A stretch of 64,000 bases of DNA from an uncultured Candidatus Saccharibacteria bacterium. GTDB lineage: Bacteria; Patescibacteriota; Minisyncoccia; Phycocordibacterales; Phycocordibacteraceae. The position numbers were made by a program, and so were the translations under genes. The DNA lies in assembly GCA_964357395.1 (NCBI GenBank), contig CAYHLC010000002.1, forward strand, positions 41,033 to 105,032. Direction: 5' to 3'. The notes beneath the pieces are model-generated. The model saw only the letters and a list, made by a program, of their open reading frames with translations, made no database searches and was not told the DNA's origin. Below are positions 29,734 to 39,336 of this stretch, piece by piece (the stretch's first letter is position 1; every line of letters starts with the position of its first letter).

Positions 29734-30164
29734 TGCACTTCCGCGCCCGTGGTGTTGCAGTGCAGAGCGACAAGATCTTCCTCGCGCATCATCTTGGAGG
29801 CAAGGGCCATTACTTCCTACCAGGCGGACATATCGAGGATGGAGAGGCAGCACGAAGGACGGTCGAGCGCGAGTACCTCGAGGAAACGGGCCTGACGGTA
29901 ACTGCTACCGATTTTCTGTTTGCGTCTGAGCATGCGTATGTGGACGAGCAGGGCCAGCATGCAGAGATCAATCTGATATTCAAAGTAGAAGGGGACATAC
30001 CTACGGAGCCTACTTCGGCTGAGGAGCACTTGGAGTTTGTGTGGGTGGCCGCAGCCGACTTGCATACTATTAACTTTCTCCCTACTCAGTTCATTCCACC
30101 ACTCGTCGCTTACATCGAGGGCAGGGCAGTGCCCTCATTCCACAGCACTATTCGGAAGGAGTAA
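29730..30164 (+). CDS. NUDIX hydrolase
   Basis: Nudix box [24 protein letters not shown]. Overlaps the dnaJ stop (ATGA). Confidence 0.85.
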   Translation: MMHFRARGVAVQSDKIFLAHHLGGKGHYFLPGGHIEDGEAARRTVEREYLEETGLTVTATDFLFASEHAYVDEQGQHAEINLIFKVEGDIPTEPTSAEEHLEFVWVAAADLHTINFLPTQFIPPLVAYIEGRAVPSFHSTIRKE

Positions 30165-30214
30165 CGAATCAGTGGAAAACGCGAAGAACCTGTGGTACAG
30201 TAGCAAGGTTAGAT

Positions 30215-30712
30215 ATGGATAGTATGCCTGATATAGGCAGCGCTTTGCAGAATATAACGGGGCTCATATTCAGCTTCGGATCAGATTTTTTTGCTTTTCT
30301 GGCTATCGTCGCGCTGGTCGCGGCGTTTGCGTTTTACTTTGGACGCGATCGCCTGGTCCCACTGATTGCTGGCACGTACGCAGCGCTCGCGCTCTATACA
30401 GCGTTTCCATACTTCGGAGCGATCGGCGCAAGCCCCTACGTCCTCATCGGCCTCTTCGTCCTATTCGTACTCCTCGCGACCCTCGCGCTCTCTGGCATCG
30501 CTGGCTTCTTTTCCGGGGGTGGGATCGGGTTTATCAAGGTGGCAGGCCTCTCGATACTCGCCTCGGGGCTGCTGATGGCTATTGCGATACACAACCTACC
30601 GATGGCGCAGGTGTACACATTCAGTGCCCCGACTTTGGCACTCTTTAGCAACGACTTCCATTTTTGGTGGCTGCTGGCTCCACTTGTGGGCGCCTTTTTC
30701 TTAGGCAAATGA
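30215..30712 (+). CDS. Hypothetical polytopic membrane protein
   Basis: 165-aa hydrophobic ORF. Its stop overlaps the plsC ATG. Confidence 0.45.
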   Translation: MDSMPDIGSALQNITGLIFSFGSDFFAFLAIVALVAAFAFYFGRDRLVPLIAGTYAALALYTAFPYFGAIGASPYVLIGLFVLFVLLATLALSGIAGFFSGGGIGFIKVAGLSILASGLLMAIAIHNLPMAQVYTFSAPTLALFSNDFHFWWLLAPLVGAFFLGK

Positions 30713-31455
30713 AGTTCAAGTCATATTTCATTGCCCCGTTCATCTTCCAGGCAACCATTTGGCGCATCATTATGCGTCCATTTTTTTATTACTTCGGACG
30801 CTTGCAGGTGAGCGGACTTGAAAATCTGCACGGCATCAAGGGCCCGGTTATCTTTGCCGCCAATCACCCGAGCGAGATAGACGCGATCATACTCCCACTC
30901 GCACTCCCGCTCTGGTCACGCTTCATGCCACTGTTCTACGTCGTACGCGAGCCAAAGTATTACCAAGACCCATACTTCAAGTGGCGCCGTTTTTTGTACT
31001 TGGGCTGGGTCTTCAAGCTCCTCGGGGCATTTCCGATCCGCTCGGGCGCGCATGACTATGCGCTGTCGCTCAAAAACCATGTGCAAATTCTGAATGATGG
31101 CGGCTCGATCTGCATCTTCCCGGAGGGCGTGCTCTCGCGTGGCGGAGTTATCGGTGAGGCACACGGTGGGGTGGGGTACCTCGCACTCGCAACCGGTGCC
31201 ACAGTGGTCCCTGTATACTTCGGTGGTATGGATACAGTGAGCGGCAAAAGTTTTTTTAGTCGCACGAGCTCATTCCGCACCCTGATTGGCGCTCCTCTTA
31301 CTGCAGTGGATGTTTTGCCAGCGGATCTTGAACCAGCTTCGATTGAGGCATGTAAAACGGTCGCAGCGGCCGTCCTTGCTCGAGTCCAGCAGATGCAGCA
31401 TGCTGGCAGTCGACAGCCAGCAGTTCAGACACAAAAGTATACGTATCGCATATGA
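30709..31455 (+). CDS. plsC: 1-acyl-sn-glycerol-3-phosphate acyltransferase family (PlsC-like)
   Basis: H(x)4D acyltransferase motif NHPSEID and FPEG motif CIFPEGVLSRGG. Start ATG at 30709 (MKFKSYF). Confidence 0.75.
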   Translation: MKFKSYFIAPFIFQATIWRIIMRPFFYYFGRLQVSGLENLHGIKGPVIFAANHPSEIDAIILPLALPLWSRFMPLFYVVREPKYYQDPYFKWRRFLYLGWVFKLLGAFPIRSGAHDYALSLKNHVQILNDGGSICIFPEGVLSRGGVIGEAHGGVGYLALATGATVVPVYFGGMDTVSGKSFFSRTSSFRTLIGAPLTAVDVLPADLEPASIEACKTVAAAVLARVQQMQHAGSRQPAVQTQKYTYRI

Positions 31456-33497
31456 GTTTTCTTTATCGATTTCTGTTTTTGATATTCAAAAAATCTGCCC
31501 CCGAGATGTCGAGAACGGAGCTTGAGGCCGTTGAGAGTGGAGATGTGTGGTTTGATCGTGAGCTTTTTTCGGGTAGACCGGATTTTTCTGTTTTGGATCA
31601 GCTTGTACTGCGAGACCTTACTGACGAGGAGCAAGCATTTCTGCGTGGCCCTGTGGAGCGTGTGTGCCAAATGGCAGATGAATGGACCATCACGACCGGT
31701 AATAAGGATTTGCCCAAAGAGGTGTGGGAGTATCTGAAGAAGGAAAAGTTTTTTGGCATCTTGGTGCCCAAGCTGTACGAAGGACTTGGTTTCTCACACA
31801 ACGCCTTTTCAATAATCGTTAAAAAGATTATGACCCGCGCATTTGCTGCTGGCTCAACCATGCTCATACCCAACTCTCTCGGTGCAGTGGGACTTATCGT
31901 TGAGCATGGCACTCCTGAGCAACAGGCTCACTACTTGCCGCGGCTCGCCTCAGGGGAGGAAGTGCCATCCTTTGTTATGACAGGACCTTTTGCCGGCTGC
32001 GATCTTGAGCGCATGCCGGATACAGGGCAAGTGGAGTATGGTGACTATAACGGCGAGAAGGTGCTTGGCATCCGCTTGTCATGGGAAAAGCGTTACATCA
32101 CTCTTGCCCCGGTTGCTACTGTTCTTGAGCTCGCATTTCAGACAATGCGTGATGGAGAGAATGTAGGTATTACCTGTGCACTCGTTCCCACCAGCCACCC
32201 TGGGGTAGTGATCGGGCGCCGTCACTGGCCGGCGCGCCAAAACTTTATGAACGGGCCGACGTCAGGTAAGGATGTCTTTATACCGATGAGTATGGTGCTT
32301 GGGGGAGAAAAGATGTTGGGCCAAGGTTGGAGGATGACAATGGAGCAGTTGCATGCGGCACGAGCGTTTTCAATTCCATCCCTCGGTACCGCTGCAGCGC
32401 AGTTTGTGGCCAGGAATGTTGGTGCATACGCGCGACTGCGCGAGCAGTTCAAGCGGCCAATAGGGACCTTTGAGGGTGTCCAAACAAAGCTAGCGAGTAT
32501 TGCCGCGGACGCCTTCATGCTTGAGTGCGCGCGCAAGGTGAGTATGGCCGCCTTGGACAGCGGCACTGTGCCCGCAGTGATCTCAGCGATACTCAAGTAC
32601 CAATCAACCGAGCGTGCACGGACGGCCGTACTTGATGGTATGGACATACTTGGCGGGCGAGGAGTATTTGAGGGGCCTCGGAATTTCCTTTTCAACATCT
32701 ATCAGATGATCCCTATAATAATTACTGTAGAGGGAGCTAATATTTTGACCCGGAGCTTTATTACCTTTGGGCACGGTCTTATGCGCTGTCACCGTTACTT
32801 ACTCGATGAGTTTATGGGACTCAGCAGTAATGACCACAAACGGTTTGGGCGGGCGTTTATTGCACACGTGAGACACGTCGTTGTTTCACTTATACGAGTT
32901 CTGCTGCTGAATGTCGCCGCACTCTTTTGGGGTCGCATGGCATACCGAAGTCATATTCGGCTCACGAGCGCGCGTTTTGCACTCCTTACCGAGGTATTAC
33001 TCGCGGTGTACGGCGGCACCATTAAGCGTCGCGAGCGTATCTCGGGGGCTATGGCTGACATCCTCAGCGAGATGTATCTGATGAGTTGTGTGCTCCGCTC
33101 GGCCGACCCTGGTGATCCTGATGTGCAAACACTCGTTCAGTGGATACATATGCGCGGCAGAGTTGTAATCCAGCAGCGCTTTACCGACGTGCTGCAAAAT
33201 CTACCCAGCGCACTGCTATCGGTTGCTGTTCGCTTAATTCTGTTTCCGTTTGGGAGATGCGCACAGCAGCCGAATAGTGAAATGGACAAGCGTGTGGCCC
33301 GCCTAATCATGAACGCTGGCCCCATACGTGACCTCATTACTGACGGAATATATGTTTCTACTGATCCAGGGGATAAGACAGGGTGCCTTGAAGCAGGTTT
33401 GCAGTACATTTTGCGCAACGAGCCTCTGCCGACTGAGCTATTGAGACGTATAATAGATGTTGACGACTTTGACAAACAGGAATTAGCGGAGCTATGA
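31452..33497 (+). CDS. fadE: Large acyl-CoA dehydrogenase of the FadE type
   Basis: Long collinear similarity to E. coli FadE recalled from memory (LTDEEQAFL.GPVE, GITCALVPT, GPTSGKDVF, GQGWRM, ITVEGANILTRS, CHRYLLDE). Confidence 0.75.
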   Translation: MSFLYRFLFLIFKKSAPEMSRTELEAVESGDVWFDRELFSGRPDFSVLDQLVLRDLTDEEQAFLRGPVERVCQMADEWTITTGNKDLPKEVWEYLKKEKFFGILVPKLYEGLGFSHNAFSIIVKKIMTRAFAAGSTMLIPNSLGAVGLIVEHGTPEQQAHYLPRLASGEEVPSFVMTGPFAGCDLERMPDTGQVEYGDYNGEKVLGIRLSWEKRYITLAPVATVLELAFQTMRDGENVGITCALVPTSHPGVVIGRRHWPARQNFMNGPTSGKDVFIPMSMVLGGEKMLGQGWRMTMEQLHAARAFSIPSLGTAAAQFVARNVGAYARLREQFKRPIGTFEGVQTKLASIAADAFMLECARKVSMAALDSGTVPAVISAILKYQSTERARTAVLDGMDILGGRGVFEGPRNFLFNIYQMIPIIITVEGANILTRSFITFGHGLMRCHRYLLDEFMGLSSNDHKRFGRAFIAHVRHVVVSLIRVLLLNVAALFWGRMAYRSHIRLTSARFALLTEVLLAVYGGTIKRRERISGAMADILSEMYLMSCVLRSADPGDPDVQTLVQWIHMRGRVVIQQRFTDVLQNLPSALLSVAVRLILFPFGRCAQQPNSEMDKRVARLIMNAGPIRDLITDGIYVSTDPGDKTGCLEAGLQYILRNEPLPTELLRRIIDVDDFDKQELAEL

Positions 33498-34627
33498 AGG
33501 GTTTTATAAACGCATTGCTTGACCTTATTAGGCTCTTTGTGCCTCTTTTTCCTAGTAGCGCACCCGGAGTTGCGTTTATCGTCCATATGCGCAATGTGGA
33601 TGACGTATATCGCAAATTTCCTCTATTTAAGATATTTCCTGAATCGTTCACATTGAGATTTTTCCGATTTATGTGGCCAATTACTGTTTCGCACATTACT
33701 GGCCTCCATAGTCTCGTAACAGGCAATGCAATACCGGGGTGGATTATTTCAATACCATTGACAGCAAGACAAATGCTTGAGAATAGAGAGTATGCCAAAC
33801 GCAAAATTCTGCAGGCAGTCAGGGTGGCAGAGCACCGCGGCGCGAGGCTTGCATCTCTCGGCGCACTTACTGCCTCGCTTACACACGGAGGCACATACAT
33901 TGCTGATCGCACTCCAGTTGTTGTCACAACAGGTCACGCGTATACCGTGCATAATGTTACACAGACAGTGCTCAATATTATGCAGGCGGTTGGTCGCACA
34001 CCAGGTAATACAACCCTTGCTATTGTCGGCGCAAATGGCTCCATCGGCTCTAATTGCGCTCGAGTGCTTGCGCGATCCACGTTTAAAAAGATCCTTCTTG
34101 TTGACATAGTGCGCAGATCGGATGGCCTTGATGAGTTGTGCGATGAGGTTAAAAATCATTGCCAAGCGACGGAGGTGATTATTGACCACAGGATTAGTTC
34201 AATCAAAGAGGCAGACATTATTATCGCTGCTACGAACGCGCCTGAGGCACTCATCAGAGCAGACGATCTGAAATCCGGCACGGTCGTTGTTGATGACGCT
34301 CAGCCAACAGATGTTGACAGTTCAGTGTTCGAGCGAGACGACGTCCTTGTTCTTGAAGCGGGAGCTGTCCGCACACCTGGCATTAGTGCGAATTTTGATA
34401 TTGATTTGCAAAATAGTGACGACAACTACTCCTGTCTCGTAGAGTCCTTCATTCTGGCGGCGACGGAAAATTATGAGGCGCATGTCCTCGGTAGGCCAAC
34501 ACTCGAGCAAATAGACACTATGGGGAGTGAGGGGGCACGCCTCGGTTTTCGCACTGCGAACTTTCAAAACATGTTCGGGCTCATTGATGAAAAGAAAATA
34601 GCCCACATACGCTCAAAACAGGTGTAG
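33494..34627 (+). CDS. Acyl-ACP/acyl-CoA reductase-like oxidoreductase (cyanobacterial AAR-like, Rossmann fold)
   Basis: TTGHAYTV, LAIVGANGSIGSNCARVL, IIIAATNAP and VVDDAQP parallel the AAR motifs TTGNTHTAYV, VAVVGATGDIGSAVCRWL and FIVWVASMP (from memory). Confidence 0.55.
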   Translation: MKGFINALLDLIRLFVPLFPSSAPGVAFIVHMRNVDDVYRKFPLFKIFPESFTLRFFRFMWPITVSHITGLHSLVTGNAIPGWIISIPLTARQMLENREYAKRKILQAVRVAEHRGARLASLGALTASLTHGGTYIADRTPVVVTTGHAYTVHNVTQTVLNIMQAVGRTPGNTTLAIVGANGSIGSNCARVLARSTFKKILLVDIVRRSDGLDELCDEVKNHCQATEVIIDHRISSIKEADIIIAATNAPEALIRADDLKSGTVVVDDAQPTDVDSSVFERDDVLVLEAGAVRTPGISANFDIDLQNSDDNYSCLVESFILAATENYEAHVLGRPTLEQIDTMGSEGARLGFRTANFQNMFGLIDEKKIAHIRSKQV

Positions 34628-34640
34628 AATTAATCTATAC

Positions 34641-36269
34641 ATGCTTTTTGTTGGAATCACCCTTACCGGCTGGGTCGCCATCATCATGGCACTCTCCTTA
34701 AGTATTCTCTCGGGCATAATGTTTATGCTCGGCACAAAAAAGCTACACTATTTGTGGGGTGCGTTTACAGCAACCGGAGCAGTATGGGGTATTGGATTTT
34801 ATATGGTTTCGGTCGCTGGTGATTACGAAAGTGCACAATTTTGGTGGCGCTTTGCTCTAATTGGCGTTATTTGTGCGCCATTTACTTTTTTTCATTTCGT
34901 CACAGAGTTTATTCATTTGCAGTTATCTCGAAGCACTCGAATACTTGTATTCGGGCTGTTTTACTCGGTGTGTGCCGTATTTGTAACTTTGGCACTTACA
35001 ACAAACTTGCTCGTAAACGAGCTTACTTTCTTATTCGGTGAAGTCTACTACGATACGCCTCCGGCAGCACTGCATCCATTCTTTACACTGCTTTACGTCT
35101 CTATAATCTCATTTTCTTACTTGTTGATTTTTAAGTCACTCTATTTTGGCTCCTTGCCTGCGGCAGAGCGCAGGCAGGCATGGTATCTTATTGCCGGTTC
35201 CGGTATCGGGCTTATGGGTGGGAGTATGGATTTGCTGCTGATCTACGACGTACTGTATGTGCATCCAATTAGAAATTTGCTGGTTATAGTCGGTACTGCA
35301 ATCGTGGGCTTTTCAATCCTAAAGTATAGACTGTTTGATGTGAAAGTGGTCACTGCCCAGTTCCTCACTTTTTTCATTGTTGCATTTTCAATAATCAGGC
35401 TTGCGACCTCTGCATCCTCGCAGGAGATAATTTTTAACACTTTGATGCTTGGGGTTACTGTTGCTGTAGGAGTCTACCTCATCCGAAGCGTACGCAGAGA
35501 AGTGGAGCAGCGCGATGAGATTCAGGGCCTGTATGTGCAGCTTGAAGAGAAGAATAAAAAGCTCGTAGAGCTGGATAAGCTGAAGTCCCAGTTCCTCTCT
35601 ATTGCAACGCACGAGCTTCGTACGCCGCTCACCATTGTGCGCAACTTCATTGCCCTAATGCAGGACGGCAGCTACGGCAAGGTGCCGGAGGCAATGGCGG
35701 AGGCAGGGCGGCAGGTCTTTGACCGCGTCACCGACATGGCCAAGTCGGTGGACACGTACCTCAACGTCTCACGCATCGAGCAAGGCAAGATCACCTATGA
35801 CTTTGCCGACGCCAACCTTAGCACCCTTGTTGTCGAGGGTGTCGCTGGTATGCAAGAGGGGGCTAAGAAGCGCGATCTTGCCCTAACACTCAAAGTGGTG
35901 CAGGGTAGCGAGAAGTTGATGGCCAAGCTGGACGCACCGAAGATCAATGAGGTGATCAACAACTTGATCGATAACTCGCTCAAGTACACCCCCAAAGGCT
36001 CGGTGACTCTCACGTTGGAGAAGGTAGGGAAGATTGCCCGCCTCACAATTGTAGACACAGGTGTTGGTATGACCCAAAAGACGATGGACGGACTCTTCCA
36101 ACTCTTTAGTCCTGGCGAGGACTCGAAGAAGCTTAACCCTGCGTCAACTGGCGTCGGTCTCTACATCACCAAGGCGCACGTCGAGGCCCACAAGGGCACT
36201 CTCACCGCCCACTCCGATGGCAAAGGAAAAGGGAGCAAGTTTGTGCTAGATATGCCTCTTGCACTCTGA
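34641..36269 (+). CDS. Sensor histidine kinase with an N-terminal ~7-TM sensor region (no adjacent response regulator)
   Basis: H-box SIATHELRTPLT, N-box LIDNSLKYT, G1 box TIVDTGVGM, and about 7 hydrophobic helices in the N-terminal 330 aa. Confidence 0.85.
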   Translation: MLFVGITLTGWVAIIMALSLSILSGIMFMLGTKKLHYLWGAFTATGAVWGIGFYMVSVAGDYESAQFWWRFALIGVICAPFTFFHFVTEFIHLQLSRSTRILVFGLFYSVCAVFVTLALTTNLLVNELTFLFGEVYYDTPPAALHPFFTLLYVSIISFSYLLIFKSLYFGSLPAAERRQAWYLIAGSGIGLMGGSMDLLLIYDVLYVHPIRNLLVIVGTAIVGFSILKYRLFDVKVVTAQFLTFFIVAFSIIRLATSASSQEIIFNTLMLGVTVAVGVYLIRSVRREVEQRDEIQGLYVQLEEKNKKLVELDKLKSQFLSIATHELRTPLTIVRNFIALMQDGSYGKVPEAMAEAGRQVFDRVTDMAKSVDTYLNVSRIEQGKITYDFADANLSTLVVEGVAGMQEGAKKRDLALTLKVVQGSEKLMAKLDAPKINEVINNLIDNSLKYTPKGSVTLTLEKVGKIARLTIVDTGVGMTQKTMDGLFQLFSPGEDSKKLNPASTGVGLYITKAHVEAHKGTLTAHSDGKGKGSKFVLDMPLAL

Positions 36270-36293
36270 TACTAAGCGTGCTTTAATATTCAC

Positions 36294-36530
36294 ATGTCAA
36301 ATGAGGGCGGGGAGAGGCCCATTCACATGCACCCGCTCGTATGGATGCTGATTGGCGCAGCAGCAGGGGCGGGTGTCACTACATTTGTTGGTATTGGATA
36401 TCCGATCTCGATTAAGATGACGGAGGCATCGATGATCGATATCGACGGCATAATCTTTTTAAATTCGTGTATTGGAGCCATAGCCTTTGGTCTTGCCTCA
36501 ATATATCTCGATCGACGCACCTACTGGTAG
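36294..36530 (+). CDS. Small membrane protein
   Basis: 78-aa ORF with two hydrophobic helices. Confidence 0.3.
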   Translation: MSNEGGERPIHMHPLVWMLIGAAAGAGVTTFVGIGYPISIKMTEASMIDIDGIIFLNSCIGAIAFGLASIYLDRRTYW

Positions 36531-36797
36531 CAATTGCCGCTTTCTCGTCAGGGGGAGGGAAGTATATTTGCATTAGATCTTCCAGACATACAGTGTATAA
36601 TTGCTCTGTGAGCGAGGGCAATGATGGCACGTTGTATGAGCGTGTGTACCGTACACACAAATCTTGGTCATCAGATGACTCACTTGGGGAGATGATTAGT
36701 GAGGACCCTGCTACTGCAGCAAAAGGGCGCAGCCGTTTAATCACTTTAAGTATTGTGCTCCCTCCGCTATTTACGTATATGCTCATATTGGCTTTTA

Positions 36798-36932
36798 ATG
36801 CGAGTATTTCAACTAACTAGAAAGAACGGTACCCGCACCATTTCTGCATTTCCTCACAAGGGCACCCTTACTGCCCACTCCGATGGCAAGGACAAAGGCT
36901 CCCAATTCGTACTCGAACTACCGCTTCTTTAG
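36798..36932 (+). pseudogene. Remnant duplicate of the histidine-kinase 3' end (HKGTLTAHSDGKDKGSQFVLELPLL*)
   Basis: 36855-36932 encodes 25 aa about 80% identical to the last 26 aa of the HK at 36190-36269. A possible 44-aa ORF from the ATG at 36798. Confidence 0.45.
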
Positions 36933-37712
36933 GGTTGGATTACTCTTTGTAGTATTAATATCAAGTCTCGTCGCCTCCTCAAAGGCGAGATCAAACACTT
37001 TTTTCATAGCATCTGCGATTGCAGCATTCTCAATATGAATTGCCACCAAGTCCTTATGCAGCATAAATCCGACTGTGTCGTCAAAGATTGCGAAATCTGA
37101 ATTGAACGCCCAGCGCTCGGGCGGGATAAGTTTGATCTGGTCAAGCGGTGCATAGTGCTTGCGTATGTAGTCTCCTTGCTCCGAAAAGGGATGGATGCCA
37201 TACATCGCGATACCTAACTCCGTACGTCTTTGCACATATTTTGGCAAATAATCGGGCAGACTTCGCTGTATATCATCGGCTGATGAAACTACGCGCATGA
37301 CTTTATCGCGTACTCGCAAGGTCTCCTCAAACGATTGGATCAGACCGGCCTTACCCTCAAGAATTCTAACTCTTGGTTTTTGTTTGGTATCTCTGTGCAG
37401 AGATTTTAGATCGGGGAGTAGGTCGTTAATGCTGCGTTCGATTTTTGCCTGCTTCTCAGCAGCGTCCGCTGCTCTTTCTACCAACATGTCTGGCGATGAG
37501 GCAACGTACTGCTTGGTCGTCTCGCCGACAGACACACTTGCCAAGCCTTTTTCGCGCAGAGATTCAAGAACCACATAGGCAGAGCTTCGATTGAGCTCCG
37601 CCTTGCTTGCCACCTCGTGTGCTGTCGCAACCTCAAGCTCTAGGAGCGCAAGGTACGCCCGTGCCTCCTTGTCTGAGAGGCCAAACTTGGTCAGTGCAGC
37701 TAGGGGTTTCAT
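36918..37712 (-). CDS. TrmB-family transcriptional regulator
   Basis: N-terminal HTH FGLSDKEARAYLALLELEVATAHEVASKAELNRSSAYVVLESLREKGL typical of TrmB, and a C-terminal TrmB-like regulatory domain. Confidence 0.65.
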   Translation of the reverse strand: MKPLAALTKFGLSDKEARAYLALLELEVATAHEVASKAELNRSSAYVVLESLREKGLASVSVGETTKQYVASSPDMLVERAADAAEKQAKIERSINDLLPDLKSLHRDTKQKPRVRILEGKAGLIQSFEETLRVRDKVMRVVSSADDIQRSLPDYLPKYVQRRTELGIAMYGIHPFSEQGDYIRKHYAPLDQIKLIPPERWAFNSDFAIFDDTVGFMLHKDLVAIHIENAAIADAMKKVFDLAFEEATRLDINTTKSNPTLKKR

Positions 37713-37996
37713 ATGTTAATAAAGTCTAACAACCAAAAGCATTTTATGCAATAACTTGTACACACATGTCAAAGCGAAAAGACATAGCGAGAGAATACAT
37801 AGAGATGAAAGCCCAGTTCACGTTAATGCGCGGTAACAGCACTTGACGGTCGACAAACTCTTGTGTTTTTCACAGGTGTTATCCATTTACAACAGCCGAC
37901 ACTGACCTAATCTAAGCATGGTAGTAATATGTCACATCACTTTCGGCCATTTCGGGAAGTTGGGGCTGTTATGGACATAGACATACAGTCAAAATC

Positions 37997-39136
37997 ATGA
38001 GGATCCTCGACCTATTTCGCAATGCTAATAGTCTCAGTGAGGATGCGCTGATTGCGGTTGTAGCATCGGCCGAACTCGACACTGAGGAGAAGGCTGCTCT
38101 GCTTGATTCAATACAAGGAGATAACCGCAAGATGAATAAGTGGCTATTCTCACTCCCTGCTGATTATGCAAAGGAGATACATTGGATGGTTCCGGTTAAG
38201 TGGGAAGGCAAAAGGATGTTTGCATGGATGATTGGGCGTCAGTCTGATAAAACCTCAAAGGTTAGAGACCTCTTTGACCTCGCAGCGAAGGGCTGCGAGG
38301 CTGACCCGCTTCTGATTCAAAAGAGTGTCCCGTTACCTTTGTTGTTCATTTGGCCACGCGAGGTGACTAAATTTGATGGGTGGGAGTATCGGAAGGATAC
38401 GGATAAAAATGAGTTTGCGATTTTCCAAACCGGGTATGACGCCGTAGTGGAGGAGTACACGGACTTTGATCAGCGCATGGCGCTTAACATGCAGTATCTG
38501 ACCGACTTTCGCCTCGCTGCACTCAAAAGGCTGGAGTTGCTGACGGGCCCACAGCAATACATCGACTCCTTAAGATCTGACATAGATTTTTTTGCGATGC
38601 TACATACAGAGGGTCATAATAGAGCCCACTTTGTTGGTCCGTGGCCGCTTGATTCCGAAAAGGTATGCATAGCACACGAATTAGTGGAGGAGTGTCGTTC
38701 CTGCCTAGGGGCGATCGCCATGGCAGAGCATATGCCTCTCACAGAGGAGCAGAGAGACAATCTTGCCGTAAGCATATTTACTACCCGTTTTTTTGGGTAT
38801 GCCTATGGGGCATATAAAACTGAAAAGAAGCTGCGCGAGGAGGTGCGCGAGACTATGGTGGGACTCATGTTCTTTATGCGTGGTATTGAGAGTGGTGCAG
38901 TCTCTTGGGACGGCAAGACATTAAAGATCGATCCGCGCAAACTCAGGAAAGCCCTTTTGGCTATGCTAAAAGAGCAGCATGAGGCAGAGGCAAGGATAAA
39001 GCCAAGTATACCGGACCTCAAAGAGCTGGGCCTCAAGTGGACGAGGCGCATATTTCCTCATTCCAGATACCCTGACGCAGTGATGCAAGTGTATGATGCA
39101 CTTGATCGTCCACTGCAACCGGGTATGCATTATTAA
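37997..39136 (+). CDS. Hypothetical protein (379 aa, no family recognised; HELVEE / HTEGHNRAH His-rich stretch)
   Basis: Long ORF divergent from the TrmB-like regulator. Lower-GC region. Confidence 0.45.
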   Translation: MRILDLFRNANSLSEDALIAVVASAELDTEEKAALLDSIQGDNRKMNKWLFSLPADYAKEIHWMVPVKWEGKRMFAWMIGRQSDKTSKVRDLFDLAAKGCEADPLLIQKSVPLPLLFIWPREVTKFDGWEYRKDTDKNEFAIFQTGYDAVVEEYTDFDQRMALNMQYLTDFRLAALKRLELLTGPQQYIDSLRSDIDFFAMLHTEGHNRAHFVGPWPLDSEKVCIAHELVEECRSCLGAIAMAEHMPLTEEQRDNLAVSIFTTRFFGYAYGAYKTEKKLREEVRETMVGLMFFMRGIESGAVSWDGKTLKIDPRKLRKALLAMLKEQHEAEARIKPSIPDLKELGLKWTRRIFPHSRYPDAVMQVYDALDRPLQPGMHY

Positions 39137-39155
39137 TAATTTAAGCTTGCAAGCT

Positions 39156-39290
39156 ATGTCAGACAAAGAAAGTGCAGAGTTGAAGGAGATCGCGGCAGAG
39201 ACCCCTTTTACCGAGGTAGAGCTGCAGGGACAAGCGATGAAGGCTGGTCACATGATCGGCAGCGCTAACCCCCTAGGGGCAGCACAGTAA
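39156..39290 (+). CDS. Possible 44-aa peptide MSDKESAELKEIAAETPFTEVELQGQAMKAGHMIGSANPLGAAQ
   Basis: Short ORF followed by a GC hairpin (TGGGGTG-GCAA-CACCCCA, 39302-39319) just upstream of the GNAT gene. Weak. Confidence 0.2.
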   Translation: MSDKESAELKEIAAETPFTEVELQGQAMKAGHMIGSANPLGAAQ

Positions 39291-39336
39291 GTGTTGGGTG
39301 GTGGGGTGGCAACACCCCAATGCCCAAATAAAAAGT

